Counted from the first letter of the stretch, positions 27,721 to 42,686 are shown. The stretch is 64,000 bases of DNA from Paraphysomonas bandaiensis (GCA_965644295.1 CBFFRP010000427.1:1-64000); one strand, 5' to 3'. The notes: generated by a model not told the origin, from the sequence alone. Numbers and translations are program-made.

Positions 27721-28369
27721 CTTAATTAGCTTGCATTTTTCAGAGTGCGGAGCTGTTTACACAATTTGGTTATGCTTTCTACGATATTCCAGGATAATGC
27801 TCTTCACACTATAGAAGCACAGCTTAGTTCAGTTGGTGCGAAGCGCATCCTATCAAAGGCACAATTTTGTCAATCTTCAGATCAATAAGTCTGACTAACT
27901 TCGGATTCATATAATGTACAAGACGAAGACGAGGATGAAGATGACATTGATTTAATGACTAGATTTTCAACTTGACCAGTGTGTCTAGGGAATTACACCA
28001 AATTTACTATAGAGGATCAATAAGAGACTCCACATGTATAGACTTCTTTACATTACATGATCATGACTCATGACGTAGTAAGAATCTAAGATCTGTTAAT
28101 ATTGATTTTGGTATTATAAATTTTGGTACTAGTGACGATATAAATTTTTAGTGATCATTACGATAAAAGAGATGATGATCATAATTGATTGTTGAGTGTA
28201 CTGGTATTGTCCGAGAGTATTGTATTAACGTAGTTTAGGGAGATCAACAGTAGGAGGTTAAGAACTCAAAAAGAGTTGAAACAAATGTGTTTACTCTCTG
28301 CGTGAGAAGAAAACAGTTAATTTATGTAATAGAGCGGCGCTACGTTAACGTTAACCACTGTCGTTTCTC

Positions 28370-28670
28370 AGTACTGTACTATAGAGAAGCTGAGACGTAT
28401 GAAGAGTCTCTAAACTGTCCTGAGGCATCTGATTGGAGGGAGGAAGAATGAACTAAAAGCTTTGATGATGTAGAGGACACATTTTCTCCAGATATCAAGT
28501 CTATTACTGTGTCAGATTGACCATTGCATTAGCATTAACGTGTAACACGCATGTACATTAACTGGATGTCTCGAGAGCTTTCTGAGAGCAAAAATTGAGG
28601 GCATTGTTTATCTGGACTTCATGTTGCCGCCATTGTGTTGTCTGAAGCTTTATCGATCACTATATGGTTT
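28370..28670 (+). pseudogene. Copia RT relic
   Basis: Degenerate ETYEESLNCPEASDW..ELKAL..LDVSRAFL..LYRSLYG. Confidence 0.55.
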
Positions 28671-29602
28671 TTCGGTGTTCGTCGCGACGATGGAAAAGAC
28701 TACACATATAATATTATATATATGGGTATATTATTTCATTGAGATTTAAACCCTGTGTGTTTATATCATGTCATCATGTATGTATAAAGGACATCGCGTA
28801 TAATATATAATATATATTTTGTCATGGTACGTGTTAATATTAACACTCTGACATGAATTAAGAAAAAATTTTGCGAAAGATTTGATATTTCAGATGTGGG
28901 AGAGCTGGAACACTCTTAAACTTTAGAGTTACTAGGAATAAGAGCTTTATCCTTTATCAAAAAAAACTCGATCAGTTCAACTATATGCAGAGATGCAGAG
29001 AACATCCTTACGAAATATGAGGAGTTCTTTGTTGGCTCAGCAAACAAAACCAGAAACTGTACTCTATAAAACCAACAATTCACCTCCAGACGAGCTTTCA
29101 TTCAATGTGCGAGAGGGAGTAGATGAGTTTATCCGTACCGTAGTTTACTGGGTGCTATATGCTGTATGTATCAAAGCATACACGCCCTGATATCGCATGT
29201 ACTGTAGGGTTGTTGTCTTGTTTTATCTTACTGAGTCAACACTGGATTGTTGGGGCAAAGTATGCACACCTTTAACATTTTCGATATTCTTCAAAAAGAG
29301 TTGATAACGATAGGCTACCAGTGTGCAAATAATACGAGTGCTGCAGCTAGTAGCAAACAACACCAATAGTATTTCACACTGAACACTGAAGTGTCCAAAA
29401 ACAAAACGTGTAATATAAATAAGAGCACGTAGTATGATTATCACACTATTCTACTTTCGACACAGTCCGCCCAATTACTACTCAGGTCAAAGAAATCGTA
29501 AGTAAAATAGCAAACAATTACTTGATTCTTACTTATATGAGTTTAAACTTCATCCGACCGTATTGCTTTCCTGAAATAACTGTGGCCTCATGAAGTAACC
29601 CT

Positions 29603-31905
29603 TCACTTCGACGTATGAAACAATGGATGTTTCAGAGCATCAGACACAGTGCAGCGCTTACTGGGATCAAGCACAAGACACTTTTCCAGCAAATCAGCCA
29701 ACTTCATCACAAGTGTGCGGTCGTCGGCTCCGGCCTGTGCACGACATCATGTACGGGTGAACAATAGAGCAGAATACAACCTTGGAGCTGAGCAGTATAT
29801 GACGAATTTCTTTGGTCGGAGTAACTATATCCAGTAGTTTGACAGTGGGTTTTCCTACACATAGTGAACATTAGAGGTAAATGAGGTATTTTTTAACCAC
29901 AGAAGCAGCACCAGTCACTGGGTCCGGCTCTAAAAGTTTGAATTTCAAATCAGAGTCAAAATGTGGCTCAAGCTCCAGGGTTTCGTATGATCTTATACTG
30001 TTTCGCAGTATCTGCATTGAGAGAAGATACAAAAGGCAAAGTTCATGAATATGGGCAATGGAGTGTATAATTTCACTCACCTTGTTCGGAAACTTTCCTT
30101 TGAACTCCATCATCAGCTTGAGCATTTCATTGTTACTCCTTCCGGGAATCATCACGTGGCCAGTAAACAGCTCATAAAGACAAACACCAACAGACCATAG
30201 ATCAAGCATGCGATCATAATTCAGGCCCAAGATTATTTCCGGGGCTCGATAGAACCTACTCACTAAGTAAGGAGTGGGATCGTTATCTGTGTCCGTTTCC
30301 AGAAATGCCGACCCAAAGTCACAGAGTTTCACCTGAAGTAATGTGATGAACATGATACGTCGTGTGGGTGCGTGACACAACAATGTATAAAACTGTACAT
30401 ATAAAATCAGCACATAAACAGAGAAGTGAAAATCCCAACTGCGGTGCTGGCATTACATACATTCTTGAGATCTTCGCTGACTATAATGTTGTCAGGTTTA
30501 ATGTCTGCATGCACAATACGCAGATCTGCAAGATGCCGCAGGGCCACAAAGAGCTGTCTGGCATACATTCGCACTGCCGTTACATTGATCCCTACATTCT
30601 TACCGAACTTCTTGAGGGTTTCCCTGAGATTCATTGAGAGTGGCTCGAAGGCGATTACTATGTGATTGCGATACTCAGAGCTTCCAAGCATACGAACACA
30701 ATGTTTCCTCCCTTCAGGGTCTGCATCTGATATCATCCTCAGCAACGTGAGTTCTTTCTCAGAGGCCTTGCGCATTACATCATTATTGCGGATTATTTTC
30801 AAAACCACATGTTGGTCGTGTCGCTTGGTGTCTATGCACTTGATGACAGTGGAAAACACCCCTTTACCGACCTCACCCATAGTGCGATATCTATCCGCTA
30901 TCAATTCCCCAATCCTTGTTTTATAATAGCCCTCACCGTCGTCCCAATTAGATTGCAATAGAGGGTCATCTCCCTCTAAAAGAGCAGCCTTCGTCGCTCG
31001 CCGTCCGACAGTAGGATGTTGATACACTGCTTCTGAGGGAGACGAAGAAAAGATGTCAACTGCAATTGTGGCAGCTTCTCGGTCTTCTTCTGCCTGAACA
31101 GCTTCCCTTTCAGCTTCAAGTGCTGCTGCTTCAACTTCCGGTGCTATCATTCCCGGTGCATGGGCATGAACATGGCCATCATGGCTGGAAAATATGGTAT
31201 CTTCAGGGCGCGCTTCGTTGCTATGCCCGTTGACTGATGAACTAGCACGACCGCCATGATTGGCATCCTCTGCAAGCTTTGCTGCATCCTACACACCACA
31301 TCATATTAAATACTCAGGCAGTGAATATATTCCACCAGCGTATTGCTTACCCCATTCGCAGTATGCTTTTTCAATATTTCTTCCCTTCGCTTCCGGCGCT
31401 CCTCGATCAACCGTCTCTCTTTCTCGTCCTCATTTTCTGATTCCTCTTCGGCCATTAAAAACTCCTCAACCTCTTGAAGGGCGACCTCATTGAGCTCATT
31501 CTCATCTTCTTCCTGTTCCCTCTGAGCGGGATCGCGTTCGCCATATTCATCAAAAGTACCGTTGAGAACTTCCTCCGTTCGACACTCCTTGCTATCAAAC
31601 CGAACCCCTTGCTCTGAGCGATCTTTCCGCGTATGATCGTCCTTATTTCTTCGTCTCTCATTCGATCGTGATACAGACCGCCTTGAGCGACTATGGTACC
31701 CATCCCTATCTCTATTTCTATCGCTGACGCCCCTCCCGCGATGCCTCTCACGAGAGTTCGACGACGAGCGCCTGCGTCTGTTATACTCACGAGAACGTGA
31801 TCTATCTCGCCGTGATCTACTGGACTTTTGTGGGGATCGAGAGCGAAAGGACGCACTTCGAGCAATACGTTCATCTCTACCACTATAGCCTCTGGTGGAG
31901 CTCAT
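29603..31905 (-). CDS. PRP4K: Serine/threonine kinase PRP4 (splicing kinase), multi-exon
   Basis: RS-rich N-terminus, then NWDDGEGYY, GKGVFSTV, KIIRNND, HADIKPDN, KLCDFGSA, TPYLVSRFYRAPE and ALKHPLF. Confidence 0.95.
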
Positions 31906-33571
31906 GCTGCACTCTACAGGCAATATACACTATGATATGACAGCCAGCAAGATCCTGTACGAAACCACACAGTGCTACTGCATAATAGTATTTGCGAGAA
32001 TATCTCCTGGATGTGGTACACTACTCTCAAGGTGACAATCTATTTGACCAACACTGCGATATATATATATATATATAGTATATAGTATATACAGTACATG
32101 CACGTGCACGTGCTTTTCTTTGCTGGAGCAAACCACAGAAATATGAAATCCAACTACTCAAATTCCGGAAAATGAGACCATACAATATATCTAAAAATTC
32201 AGTTTTGGAGAGAAAAGTCTAAAATACGTGCATGTGTCCACAGGCCACAAAGCAAGTCGTCGTGATTGGACTCCAAATCATTATCTCTCTGTAAAGAGCC
32301 TCAGCAAAGAACATAATTGCAACACCAGTTCCGTCGAAACAGAAAAAAGCATGTGTTAGCTCGCAGAAGATCATGTATATCAATTGTAGCGGCTGATGTC
32401 GGCGATAATGTCTGGACAAGCTTGGCGTATTGACTTTAAAAATCCACACTGTGTGGGCCCACCGGTACCATTTCATGCAACATATATAACACTAAGATTC
32501 TTCTCGCTGGAGACGGGTGCACTGTCTTTTCATGCAATACAACTGTCAGACTGTTCTATAGGAAGTGGTTGATATATATTATAATTTGCTATACGAGATG
32601 TACTTGCATACATTTCTTTTCCATGATGAAACTGATTTTCAATATATATTATTTAACAAGCCTTTGGCGTGTAGTAGTTTCTATATGCTCTAGTACAGTG
32701 TGAGCAAGCTTAGAAGTAACAATATTGATGGAAATTTTGCCTGTGAGCAATCAATATATAGCAATACAATATATGGTTTATAGTTTCTAGACATGGTACA
32801 ACATGCACTTATACTTTATACATTTATGATGTAATTTACAGTATATTGTATATGTTATTAGCAGTATTGGATCTGCAGCAGCTTGTCAGGACGAATGAAG
32901 TTGTTACTTTGAACGGATACATACTGATTAGTTAAAAGATAAAATTAACGTTTATGTACTGTTAAATTCTACAGATTAACATAGGCTAGATTTCAGTGTT
33001 ATAGTACTAGCTCGTGCCTATATATTATATTTATACCTATACATAAATTATAAATAAATATATCGAAATCAGCCGTTGAGCCTGTGTGCCTTCGTTGGAG
33101 GGCTACTAACTACAAACGATGTGCTATTTAATCGAGTAATACAAAACTGTAAATTCCTGTAAAGTAGAAAAGCCTATTTACTGTAAAACTAGTTAGCCAA
33201 ATTGCCTGAATGTCTAAATTCTAAATGTATACTGTGACATCATTTTATAAGGAATAATTCGAAGAAGCTAATTTTCTTGTAATCTTAACTACTAGCCTAA
33301 AAAACAAATAGCACGGTTAAGAGCACACTAGAATAATGGAAACCTAGAAGAGGGATACATGTTATCAGGATGAGGCGACATGATAATCGGTATGCGAATC
33401 ATAGTTACGAATGAATGAATATATATAGAGATCAAAGTAATGTAGAAGGGTAGGAATTGTGACAAATGCACCACAAGAAAACATTACTATGTCACTTAGT
33501 ATTTCATAGAAAGACAGGCCCAGAGCACAAGAAGAGTTCATATCTACTACAAAGTTCGATATTCAACATGT

Positions 33572-34126
33572 TCAATGTTCACGTACAGATGGTCCGATTA
33601 ATATTGGATTGCCATATACAACAGCGGATGGAATCATTAGCGTTTTCCCGTCATTTTTAAGCAATACATATCTTATATCTATCGACTCTACAGTTCCCTC
33701 CAATACTTGTGAGGCCACCATGACTCTCAAGTACTGACCTTTACGAAAAGGCTTATGAAAAACCAACAAAATACCAGACAAAAAATTAGTTGCGATTTCC
33801 TTAAGTGCAAAGCCAACTGTAAACCCGGTGACACTAATCCCTGCAACGATTGGAGTTGTGTCGACACCGCATGTGCCAAGAACGGAGATGGCACCGATGG
33901 AGAATAACCCCACAGTGCAGGACTTAGCTGCGAAATTTATCACATCATCATCATCCGTGACACCGGAGTGTCGAATTAACCGCGCAATAGCAGGGGTGGG
34001 TGAGTACCATTTGTGCGTTGGTTTTGGGGGAGGAGAGACTGACAAGGATCGTCGTTGGGTGAAAATAGTGTGCTGAATCAATACCAGGGATCTCCGTTTC
34101 ACAACCATTGCTCCAAAGCTTTTCAT
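33572..34126 (-). CDS. Small mechanosensitive channel MscS-family protein
   Basis: GVDTTPIVAG..GFTVGFALKEIATNFLSGILL..KPFRKGQ..EGTVESIDIRY..IP: the MscS TM3 and beta-domain signature. Confidence 0.9.
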   Translation of the reverse strand: MKSFGAMVVKRRSLVLIQHTIFTQRRSLSVSPPPKPTHKWYSPTPAIARLIRHSGVTDDDDVINFAAKSCTVGLFSIGAISVLGTCGVDTTPIVAGISVTGFTVGFALKEIATNFLSGILLVFHKPFRKGQYLRVMVASQVLEGTVESIDIRYVLLKNDGKTLMIPSAVVYGNPILIGPSVREH

Positions 34127-34479
34127 TGAGTTGATTTTTATTGATGTTGGTGGGAAATAAGTAATTTATAGTGGAGATGGAGGAGATGATTGTGGGCGGA
34201 ACATCAACAAGCACGAGGTATCATATTTGACTGACCAGGCAATTCCTATACAACAGTACGACAGTATCCCACACTGAATCTTGGAAACTGAGGATTTCTA
34301 TTCTAGAAACCTGATTTTCTACATCTTAGGGTTTTAGTTTTTTTTATGACAAATTTCAGGATTTAGGAAACATGTACTCTGCCTCGTTGTTATGTATAGT
34401 ACGTAGTGGGGTAACTGTATAGCACGTATAGTGGTATGGTATACGCTGCCTGTCATAGATTTTGCCTACCAAGTGCGTG

Positions 34480-36290
34480 TACCATGTACCGGTGTACTTC
34501 CACATCCGGATTTCGTTGGATTTCCAACAGCTCGGGCACTTCCCAATGCCAATGCTCTCTTCCAGTAGACACTGCACACTGCTGTAGGGAGGACGTAAGG
34601 CACCAATACCCATAAATTTAAGTTGTCACAGGTCTGGTTGTGGTAAATGGATGCTACAGGCTGCTATATTAGATAGCCAGTACATGCCATAATACCACTG
34701 ACAACTCATGGATCAGGAATTACTCATGTGTTTAATATTTCTATGGACTTCCACTACAACTGCCCTGGTGATATTTTTACGGCTCTGGTTCGGAAATTCG
34801 AGTACAGCTTTCCACCCGCATGCAGTTGATGTGGATAAGAGGCATAGCTACTTTTTGGTAGTACAAACCCCAACTGTGTGCAAAGTAGAGTTTGTTGTGA
34901 AAAGTATAAGTGCTTTTGTTGCTCCTCGTGGTATGTATTTCTAATCCCGCCATTTGTGACTTACAATAGCTGCAACTAGGCGCATCGTCATCGAAGTGGT
35001 TCACATCACTTATTATTGCAATGTCTTTTTCTGGTATGTTCGGCGCCTTCAGATGGTATCGTGTAGGTGATGCAAAGCTATTGGAAACGTTACTGGTTTG
35101 TTTATGTTGTACTATCGCAATTATAGTAGAAATAATTTTTTGGTTAGGCATTTGTTGGATTCCTCTCACTTCTATTACTATCGTCTTTTGAGTCTGATGT
35201 CTCGTCGGATCGGTAATTCGTTGAACGTATTATTACTGCACCAACGGAAGTGACTATGTGTAGATTCTTGGAAGACAAACTTCTGGTGACAAGGTGGTTG
35301 CTGCAAAGGCTCGGGGCTCATAAAATTCTTCCATTCTCCCTTGGGGTGAATAGTCGTCCGTTTAGAGAGTTTCTGCGTCAATCACCGGGCATATATATGC
35401 TTTACGAGGAGGATCACAAGTACGTGGGAGAAAGTCCTTCGTTGGAACCAGTTTGGCCTTATGAAACTTGGTGGTGCTCACTTCATATACTTGGCGCTGT
35501 TTCCTACGTGTGAGTGTTGAGAATGTCTCAATACAAATTTAATACTATTTTTTTGTCCCTTATATAAGTTTTTCATGTCAATAGAATATTGGTGCCCAGT
35601 GCTATCATCATCCATGACCTCGGGGATGATACTATTGCAAATGGAGTCATCACAGCATGTTCATTTATCGTGTTTTGTCTAATCGGATACCTGACGGGGT
35701 CTTATATCCCAGTGGTGACAAGGTTTCAATGTATAATTTTATCCTGGAACCCATTTTTAAAGCAACGGAACTTTCTACATAACCTACAACAGGTATTAAT
35801 TTTCTAAAATATACATTGTATTAACATTCAGAAGGCTGTTCTCGACTATCTAGTACGAGAAAGTGATAGTGCTGTATGTTCGGCTCTACTAAGGGACGAG
35901 ACGACGGCATATCGACGTAATAAACAATTGGAAAATGATGACATGAGTAGGGCAGTTTTTTTGCGTCAACAGTATGCGTGTTTGCAATCAGATGCCTGTG
36001 AAGAGGTGTTTCGACGGAGCTCTTATTTAAGATTTGCACGCGAGCGCCCCCAAGAGTATCTATGGTTCTGGGGACACATTCTGGTTATGACAGAGCTTGT
36101 GGCGGTGCTCACTCCAGCAGTTGCAATAGGTATTCAGTGGGTCACGGCTCTATGCCCAGGACCGGCCATACAATCCATTATAGGTCTGCTCATTACCGCA
36201 CATGAATGCGTTATGAGCAGCGACTGTAGGGCGCATAGACATTGTATACTGGACAACGAGAGTATCACAACAGTATTTTCTGAGCTGTAA
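34480..36290 (+). CDS. Possible multi-exon membrane protein of unknown function
   Basis: Series of + strand ORF pieces with hydrophobic segments (34708, 35250, 35589, 35928) bounded by GT/AG-like sites. No recognised motif; boundaries uncertain. Confidence 0.3.
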
Positions 36291-36737
36291 TGTGACTCAC
36301 CATTAGAAGCTATATTCACAATAATATTAAATTTGGATATTTACTATTTAATTCAGAAAGGTGGACTGTTGTGCTCTGCTGTATGATAAGATAAGACGTA
36401 TTGTACAATTGAAGAGAGTTTATAGTTAGTGTGTAATGTATATTGTATATTATAGTTGAACATTTCAACTTGAAACGAACTCAGAGCAGAAAAGAGTGAT
36501 TTAGTTAAGAAGAAAGTAAATTAAGTTACTCCTGTATGGTGTTCCGGCATGAACATTGTGTGAAACATTGGAACGAGCATTCTGTGCAATAAAGCTACTA
36601 GTTTCTAGTTTAAGGTTTACGTGCTACATATGATATGCCTAACTTTACAGGGCTGCGTATCAATTTCAACTATTGCAATTAATTGCAATTATTTAATACT
36701 AAACTACATTAGATGCCAATATATAGCTACTTCAACT

Positions 36738-37073
36738 TGTTGAGTTCTGCTGTTGGAGCAATTGAAAGCTGTAATTCTAAGGTATTGGAATTATGACCGT
36801 TAGTCGAAGAATACAGTAGTGGTTAACAGTATTATGAGAACTAACAACATAATGGCTACTGTAGTAATGAAACTGAATACAATATAGTGATCATACAAGA
36901 TAGTGCCGATGTAAGATCGTACGAGAAATGAATAGGCGTATAGATAACATGAAATTGATGGATGAGAAGAGATATTGATTATAATTTTATAATAAGATTC
37001 ATGAGTGAATACACGTCCAGTTAACTTAGTAAATCATCCAATTGTGTCATAACTTGGATGTCCAATTCTAACA
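36738..37073 (+). repeat. Probable solo LTR related to the 43.7/44.6-kb LTRs
   Basis: TGTTGAG...CTAACA ends. Shares AAAGCTGTA, GAAGAATACAG.AGTGG, TATTATGAG and GAAACTGAA blocks with 43701 and 44559. No TSD seen. Confidence 0.55.
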
Positions 37074-37124
37074 AAGAGGAAATCTGTTGGAGTAAAAAGG
37101 AGGAAAAACAGTCGTGAATGGTAG

Positions 37125-37482
37125 TGAATGTCTTATTATTAGCGATAGGCGTGTAATTGTGTCAGAACTAATTTAACATTGTAATTTAACAAACTAGAGT
37201 GCTTCACTCTGATATCCTATTGTTTATTAACGATACAAAAACTGCTTGTGTCTCACTGCAAGCACCAAGGTGCAACCACTTGTTGGCTCTATCACTCAAA
37301 GCAAACGCAGTGAGCAAGCAGAATGTTGATATACCTGACGTCTGCTAACTTCAGGATTTTTGAGTCCTTAAGGTGAACAGTTTGAATGCTTTACTTCAGC
37401 AGGCAGTCCAATACCCCGGACAATGCCCTTGAGGTGGGCCCATTCCCGGATGCCTTTTTTTTGTCTACAGAAGTGACACTTA
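37125..37482 (+). mobile_element. Family X copy, 3'-truncated
   Basis: TGAATGTCTTATTATTAGCGATAGGCG start and colinear modules through AAGTGACACTTA. Confidence 0.85.
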
Positions 37483-37804
37483 TAAGATATAAGTAATTAA
37501 TTTATTTGCTATACAGTCATAAGTACAATGCAATCTTTGTACGTTACTACCACGTTTTCCGGTCAAAACAATAGCAGATGAGAGCGCTCTTTGATCCACG
37601 TACTAATAACAATTATTCTTGTGATTTTATTCTTTGTTTTATCGTTAACCCACTACTAACCCTAATTACCCTACTTCAACATTCCAGAAAATATTATCCC
37701 CGCGTCATTTAACATGGAGATCTAATGTATGATACTGAACAGACGCCGTAAATACGACTATCATCTAAGATATGATGTATTGAATTGATAAAACCTTTTC
37801 ATAT

Positions 37805-39613
37805 TTAAATTCTGTCGTGGGTAGATGCTGCGTTGAAGCGTAACATGGTGCGCTTCATTTGCAGTGACATTTTTGTTCGAGGAATTCCCTGATTGAAAAT
37901 TCACATAGTGAAACTGCGATCAATATATATATAGAGTTATAGACGTACACTGTCCAAATCAGCTCCTGCGTACAACATATCAACTCTCTATCAGAGAAAA
38001 TAAAAGTACACGATCATACCTAAAGTCTCAGGTAAAAACAGGACACAAACACCAGCAGTAATATTCACCGCAGCCATTATAATGCCTATCGTCGTGTCAG
38101 ATACTCTTGTGGAATCGATAAGGAATGGGCACAGGAAACCACCAAGATGTGATATGCTATTGGCAACAGCATGTGCAGTTGCCCGCATTTTCGTATCATA
38201 TAGCTCTGGGGTAGCCACCCAAGTCGCAGAAGCAGCACCCATGGCTGTAAATCGTGCGACAATTGACACAGCAGTTAGGGCTGATCCTGGTAGTTGAAGT
38301 CCCATACACAGCACTGCAATACCCGCGCCGATATAAAGCGAGGATTGAGTACCCACACGACCCCAACGATCAATCACGAATGCTGTCAATGAAACTCCTA
38401 CGACCTCAGCGACAGCGCTTACAAATATCTCGTCATAATTAAAGTCACAAGTTGGATTGTCATCATCATCGCCCTCGTGTTGAAAGAGTCTCGCTACGAA
38501 TAGTATTACCTGTTCACCACACGTAACGTTAATAAAGCTAACTACATTAGCCACAACACACCCCATAGTATGTGAATCCAAAACCCAGCCAGACAACCCA
38601 TAATGGAAGCGTTATTTGGATGTGCTCCGGCTTCAGGAACTCCAAGACAGATACTTCTTTTTCGGCCTCCTCCTCTACAGTAGGTTTGAGTGTGAACTCG
38701 GACAGCCAATGCCCATTCACAGATGCAGCAAGTTTAACAATATCTTCAGCTTCCTTCGTTCTTCCTTGCACTAGGAGCCAGCGGGGACTCTCCGGTAAAT
38801 ATATTATAGAGAATACCAGTGAAATAGTAACAGGTATGGCTGTTACGAAGGTCAGAACCCGCCACCCGTAGACAGAGAGACAGATCCACGCAGCTGCGGC
38901 TACAAACATAGATCCTAGAGTCCAAAAATATTCTATATACATCAAGAACTGCCCACGATGACTTTTGGGCATAAATTCTGCAAGTAGATCAAAGGGTACT
39001 GTTATGCCTCCCACCTGATATTGATATTACTGTTAACTCCAAGAAAAAAGCAACGTATAATTCATTACCCCAAATCCAACAAGCGCTCGAAATATTACCA
39101 GTGACGTGTAGTTTTGAACCAAAGCACTAGCGAAGCCGCCGACAATGATTATCGCCGCACCTACGAAAACAAGATTACAGGAAACATGGTACTCTCGATA
39201 TCCACTCACCCCAAATGAAAGAGAGCTTGCGTCCATATATGTCTGCCACAGGACCCCAAAATAAAGAGCCCATCAATATTCCTGTATATCATTTTATGTC
39301 AGATAAACTGTCTAGTTGAGAATGCCTCACCTGCAAACACTAACGCAGCGATGAGAGCTATCTCGTGATCTTTAAGATCCCACTCGATTCCTACGCAAGT
39401 ACTCATAAATGATAGTAGCGATACCTCCATTGCATCTGACATAAAGGACATGCCGCATATGGCGAGCAGTCTGTAGTGGAATACTCCCAATGGAATATCT
39501 TCCAGTACATCGTTCAGCGCACGCTCTGTGTCTCCAACGGATTCAGATCTACTTGATCGAGATTGTTGAAGGGGTGTGTGCGAGAGAGGTGATGATACGA
39601 TATTGGATTCCAT
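37805..39613 (-). CDS. MFS transporter, SV2/SVOP-like (multi-exon)
   Basis: LGVFHYRLLAICGMSFMSDAMEV, FRALVGFG, LAEFMP..RG, GWR, LPESPRWL, IDRWGR, TPELY..RATA and LPETLG. The last exon is approximate. Confidence 0.9.
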
Positions 39614-39883
39614 GTCAGTAAGAGGATGAGCGGTTACGATTTAGGTTTCGTTAACAGACTCTTGTGGTCGAACTGCAAGCAACATGATGATCTGGAACAA
39701 TCACCAACACAACACACAAAGTCGCTCTTGCTATAAATACCCGCTTTTTGGTTTCTACAGTCCTTAGAATATCCTAATATCTATATATCACAGATACCAA
39801 AACCTCATGCTACAGGAGCAGTATTCTCCTGTATATGAAATACCGTACTTCGGAGCTTCGGTTTTTGGTCCATCCATCATAAA

Positions 39884-42484
39884 ATGAATCGTTCTGAAGG
39901 TGGATAGTCAGGGACCTCACTGTGAACTCTCCACACTGATAACAAGTGGAAAATTATATACGAAATCTGAGCGTGAAGTACGGTTCAGGGTCATTGTTTG
40001 AGACTGATGCTCACTGAGGACGAGAAGCTTCTCCTGGTGGCATCTGATGTGGGACCGGTAAAAGAGTTTTTGTCGAATGCCTTGCAAACCAAGTCGAAGG
40101 TACACTCCCCGCTGATACCGTTAGTGTCCTCGTTAAAATTTAATTTATTATAGGGCAATGCATATCTATATAACCACCTTGTGCAGCAGCTTCGAACCCG
40201 CGATGACCCCGAGACTCTGTGGAGACTTTACATTGCACTATCGACATGTGCCAATCAAATCACATCCAGGTAAGCCTGTATGTTCAATTTGCCACATATA
40301 TAAAATGCACATCATAGACCTGAAATATATCGTGAGTTGATTCAAAGTTTGTACACGTTTGATTGGACTTCTGAGAAGAAGATTGTAGTATCTTTCATGA
40401 GCTTATTGGGACAATTGGTGTCATCCAATCCTATATTCCTCATACCTACATTGCAAATGCTCATTAAGAGTTTAATATCACCAGCTTTACCGAACACACC
40501 TGCAGCTGCTCAACATATCGGTAGTTATTGATACAACTGTACTACTGTTGCCTCAACTGCTGCACAGATGCTTCAAGTGAAGAGTTAAAGCGGCTGGCAG
40601 AGGTGCAGATGAGGCAAGAACACATACACCGAACGCTTGATATGGTCATTCGACTCGCCCCCACAGCTTTACTAGAGGTGTACCCCGTACTAGAAGACCA
40701 CTTTCCACATAAACGATTTCCGATTTTGGCTCATACTGAGTATGTATCGCAACTATTAACTCTGTGTGTCTCCTATCCTACTCTACAAGGAAAGATTCTT
40801 GACCTCATAATCAGTCGATGTCTCGAGCTGGACGTGGATATTGTTATAGAAGATTCAGGCGAAGCGAAGATCAGCGCTGACGAGGAGGACAATGAAGGAG
40901 ACGATATGTTCCAACTGGACGATAACATTTCGAGCGGCAATGCCATCAGAGGTATTTCCGTTGGCGGTATACGACAGAGGGTTCAGATGAAAATTCGCGA
41001 TGATGTTACTGAGACAGCTGATAAGCTAGATGCCATGTTGATGTTAGTATTAAAGTATATACAATCTACTTATCACTCTGGTCCGGATACCCCTAGCAAT
41101 GCCAATGCGGGCGATCACTTAGACAAAAAGAGGCGCCTATTTTTCCAGCTCTTGCATGCCTTTGAGACTAGGGTAATGACTACATACAAGTCAAAATTTG
41201 TTCAATTTATATTATTTTATATCTGCGAGCTCGACCACTCCTTAGGTATACTGTTATGTTGCATCTAGTAGATGAAAAAGTGATATGGTTTTCAGGAGTG
41301 TTGTTTTGCCGTCGTCTTCTGGATTTATTTCTGGACAGGCGAAACCACCCGCTCTGCCGACAGAGTGCAGTAGTATATCTGGCAAGTTTGATAGCTCGTG
41401 GAAAATTTATTCCTTCTGACTATGCGAGGTATGCTTACCGCGTGCTGTGCCAACTTGCTGATATTTTTATAATAGGGAGTATCTGTCATTAGTTCTAAAG
41501 TGGACCGCAGAATATGTTAAACATAGAGGCTCTGAAAGTACTATGGGAGTTATACTTCCTACTAGCCGTATAGATAGTTCTATCCCTTCGGATGTCGGAT
41601 CTGGAGCAGATTACACCGCGTTTACAGATACCCGAGTTGGACTTTCTGATACAGGAAGAGGTAACTGTGTCCTTTCAGGTGTGGACGAATACGGTCGTCG
41701 AATGGCCACTGAGAGTGATCTCAGCCGACACGAGACTTTCTACTGCGCAGTGCAAGCGGTGTGCTATGGTGTATGTTTTCTAGGCATTTCAGTAGTGGAT
41801 TCTATGGCTCGAAATCCAACGGATAGGGGAAATTGGGAAGCTGTGTTGCAGTGTGAGTACAATCCTTTGAGATATTGTATCCACTCCGTGCGGGCTGAAT
41901 TCAGTAAATTGGCATTAGCTGCGGGACTGTCTCCTGGGCGAGGAATTGAGAGTGCAGGAGCACTTTCCGAGTCGTGTATGAATTCCCTCTCGTCCACCGA
42001 TGGCGTTGCAAACCCTCTTGATACGTTTTTCCCGTTTGATCCGTGCTTGCTGCTTCATGTACATGGGTATATAGAAGAGGGATACAGGATATGGAATGAT
42101 AGTATTTGCACACTGGACACTGAGGTAGATGATGGGGCAGTAGCTGAAAATGCAGAAGATGATGATACAGAGTCAATGATATCATCTGTGGCTTCTTCTA
42201 TTGCATCGATGGCGTTTACGTATGGAGCGGATGGCATGGCTATGAGTTTTGGTATGCAACCGTCGTCGCTAGCAAGCAGTTCTGGGATCATACACTCGGG
42301 CATACCTACAGCAGCAGCTACTTTGGGGGCATCACGCAGCGACAAAACACTTGGACCAAGTGGGAAATTTACTTATGACGATGCCAACACTTCTCTTGGA
42401 AGCAGTAATGAAGATGCATGGGCAACTATCCTCAGGGAGAAACGGAGTAGACAGTTTTCTGTGGGAAGTGCAGGAAGCTGGTGA
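39884..42484 (+). CDS. RRN3: RNA polymerase I initiation factor RRN3/TIF-IA (multi-exon)
   Basis: HFPHK, LELDVDI, KLDAML, TYKSKFVQFILFY, RQSAVVYLASLIARGKF, FYCAVQA, NPLRYC and NPLDTFFPFDP. Confidence 0.92.
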
Positions 42485-42686
42485 TAAACTCCAGTTGCGT
42501 GTTAGTGAGAATGTAAATTAAGTCTTTTTAACTGTTGTAAATCTTGTTGAAAACGGCACCTTTAATAGGGATAGATGGATAGTATCTATAATAACACCAG
42601 TATATGACAATGATGCTGCAATAACCACTTCTGTCGTGTTTCCAACAAGCAAGGAACTGATAAACAGTATTCCTAGGTGTATATAT

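Noticed and set aside
28916-29444. Small minus-strand membrane protein gene
   Set aside because: I could not assemble a convincing exon chain or find a motif.
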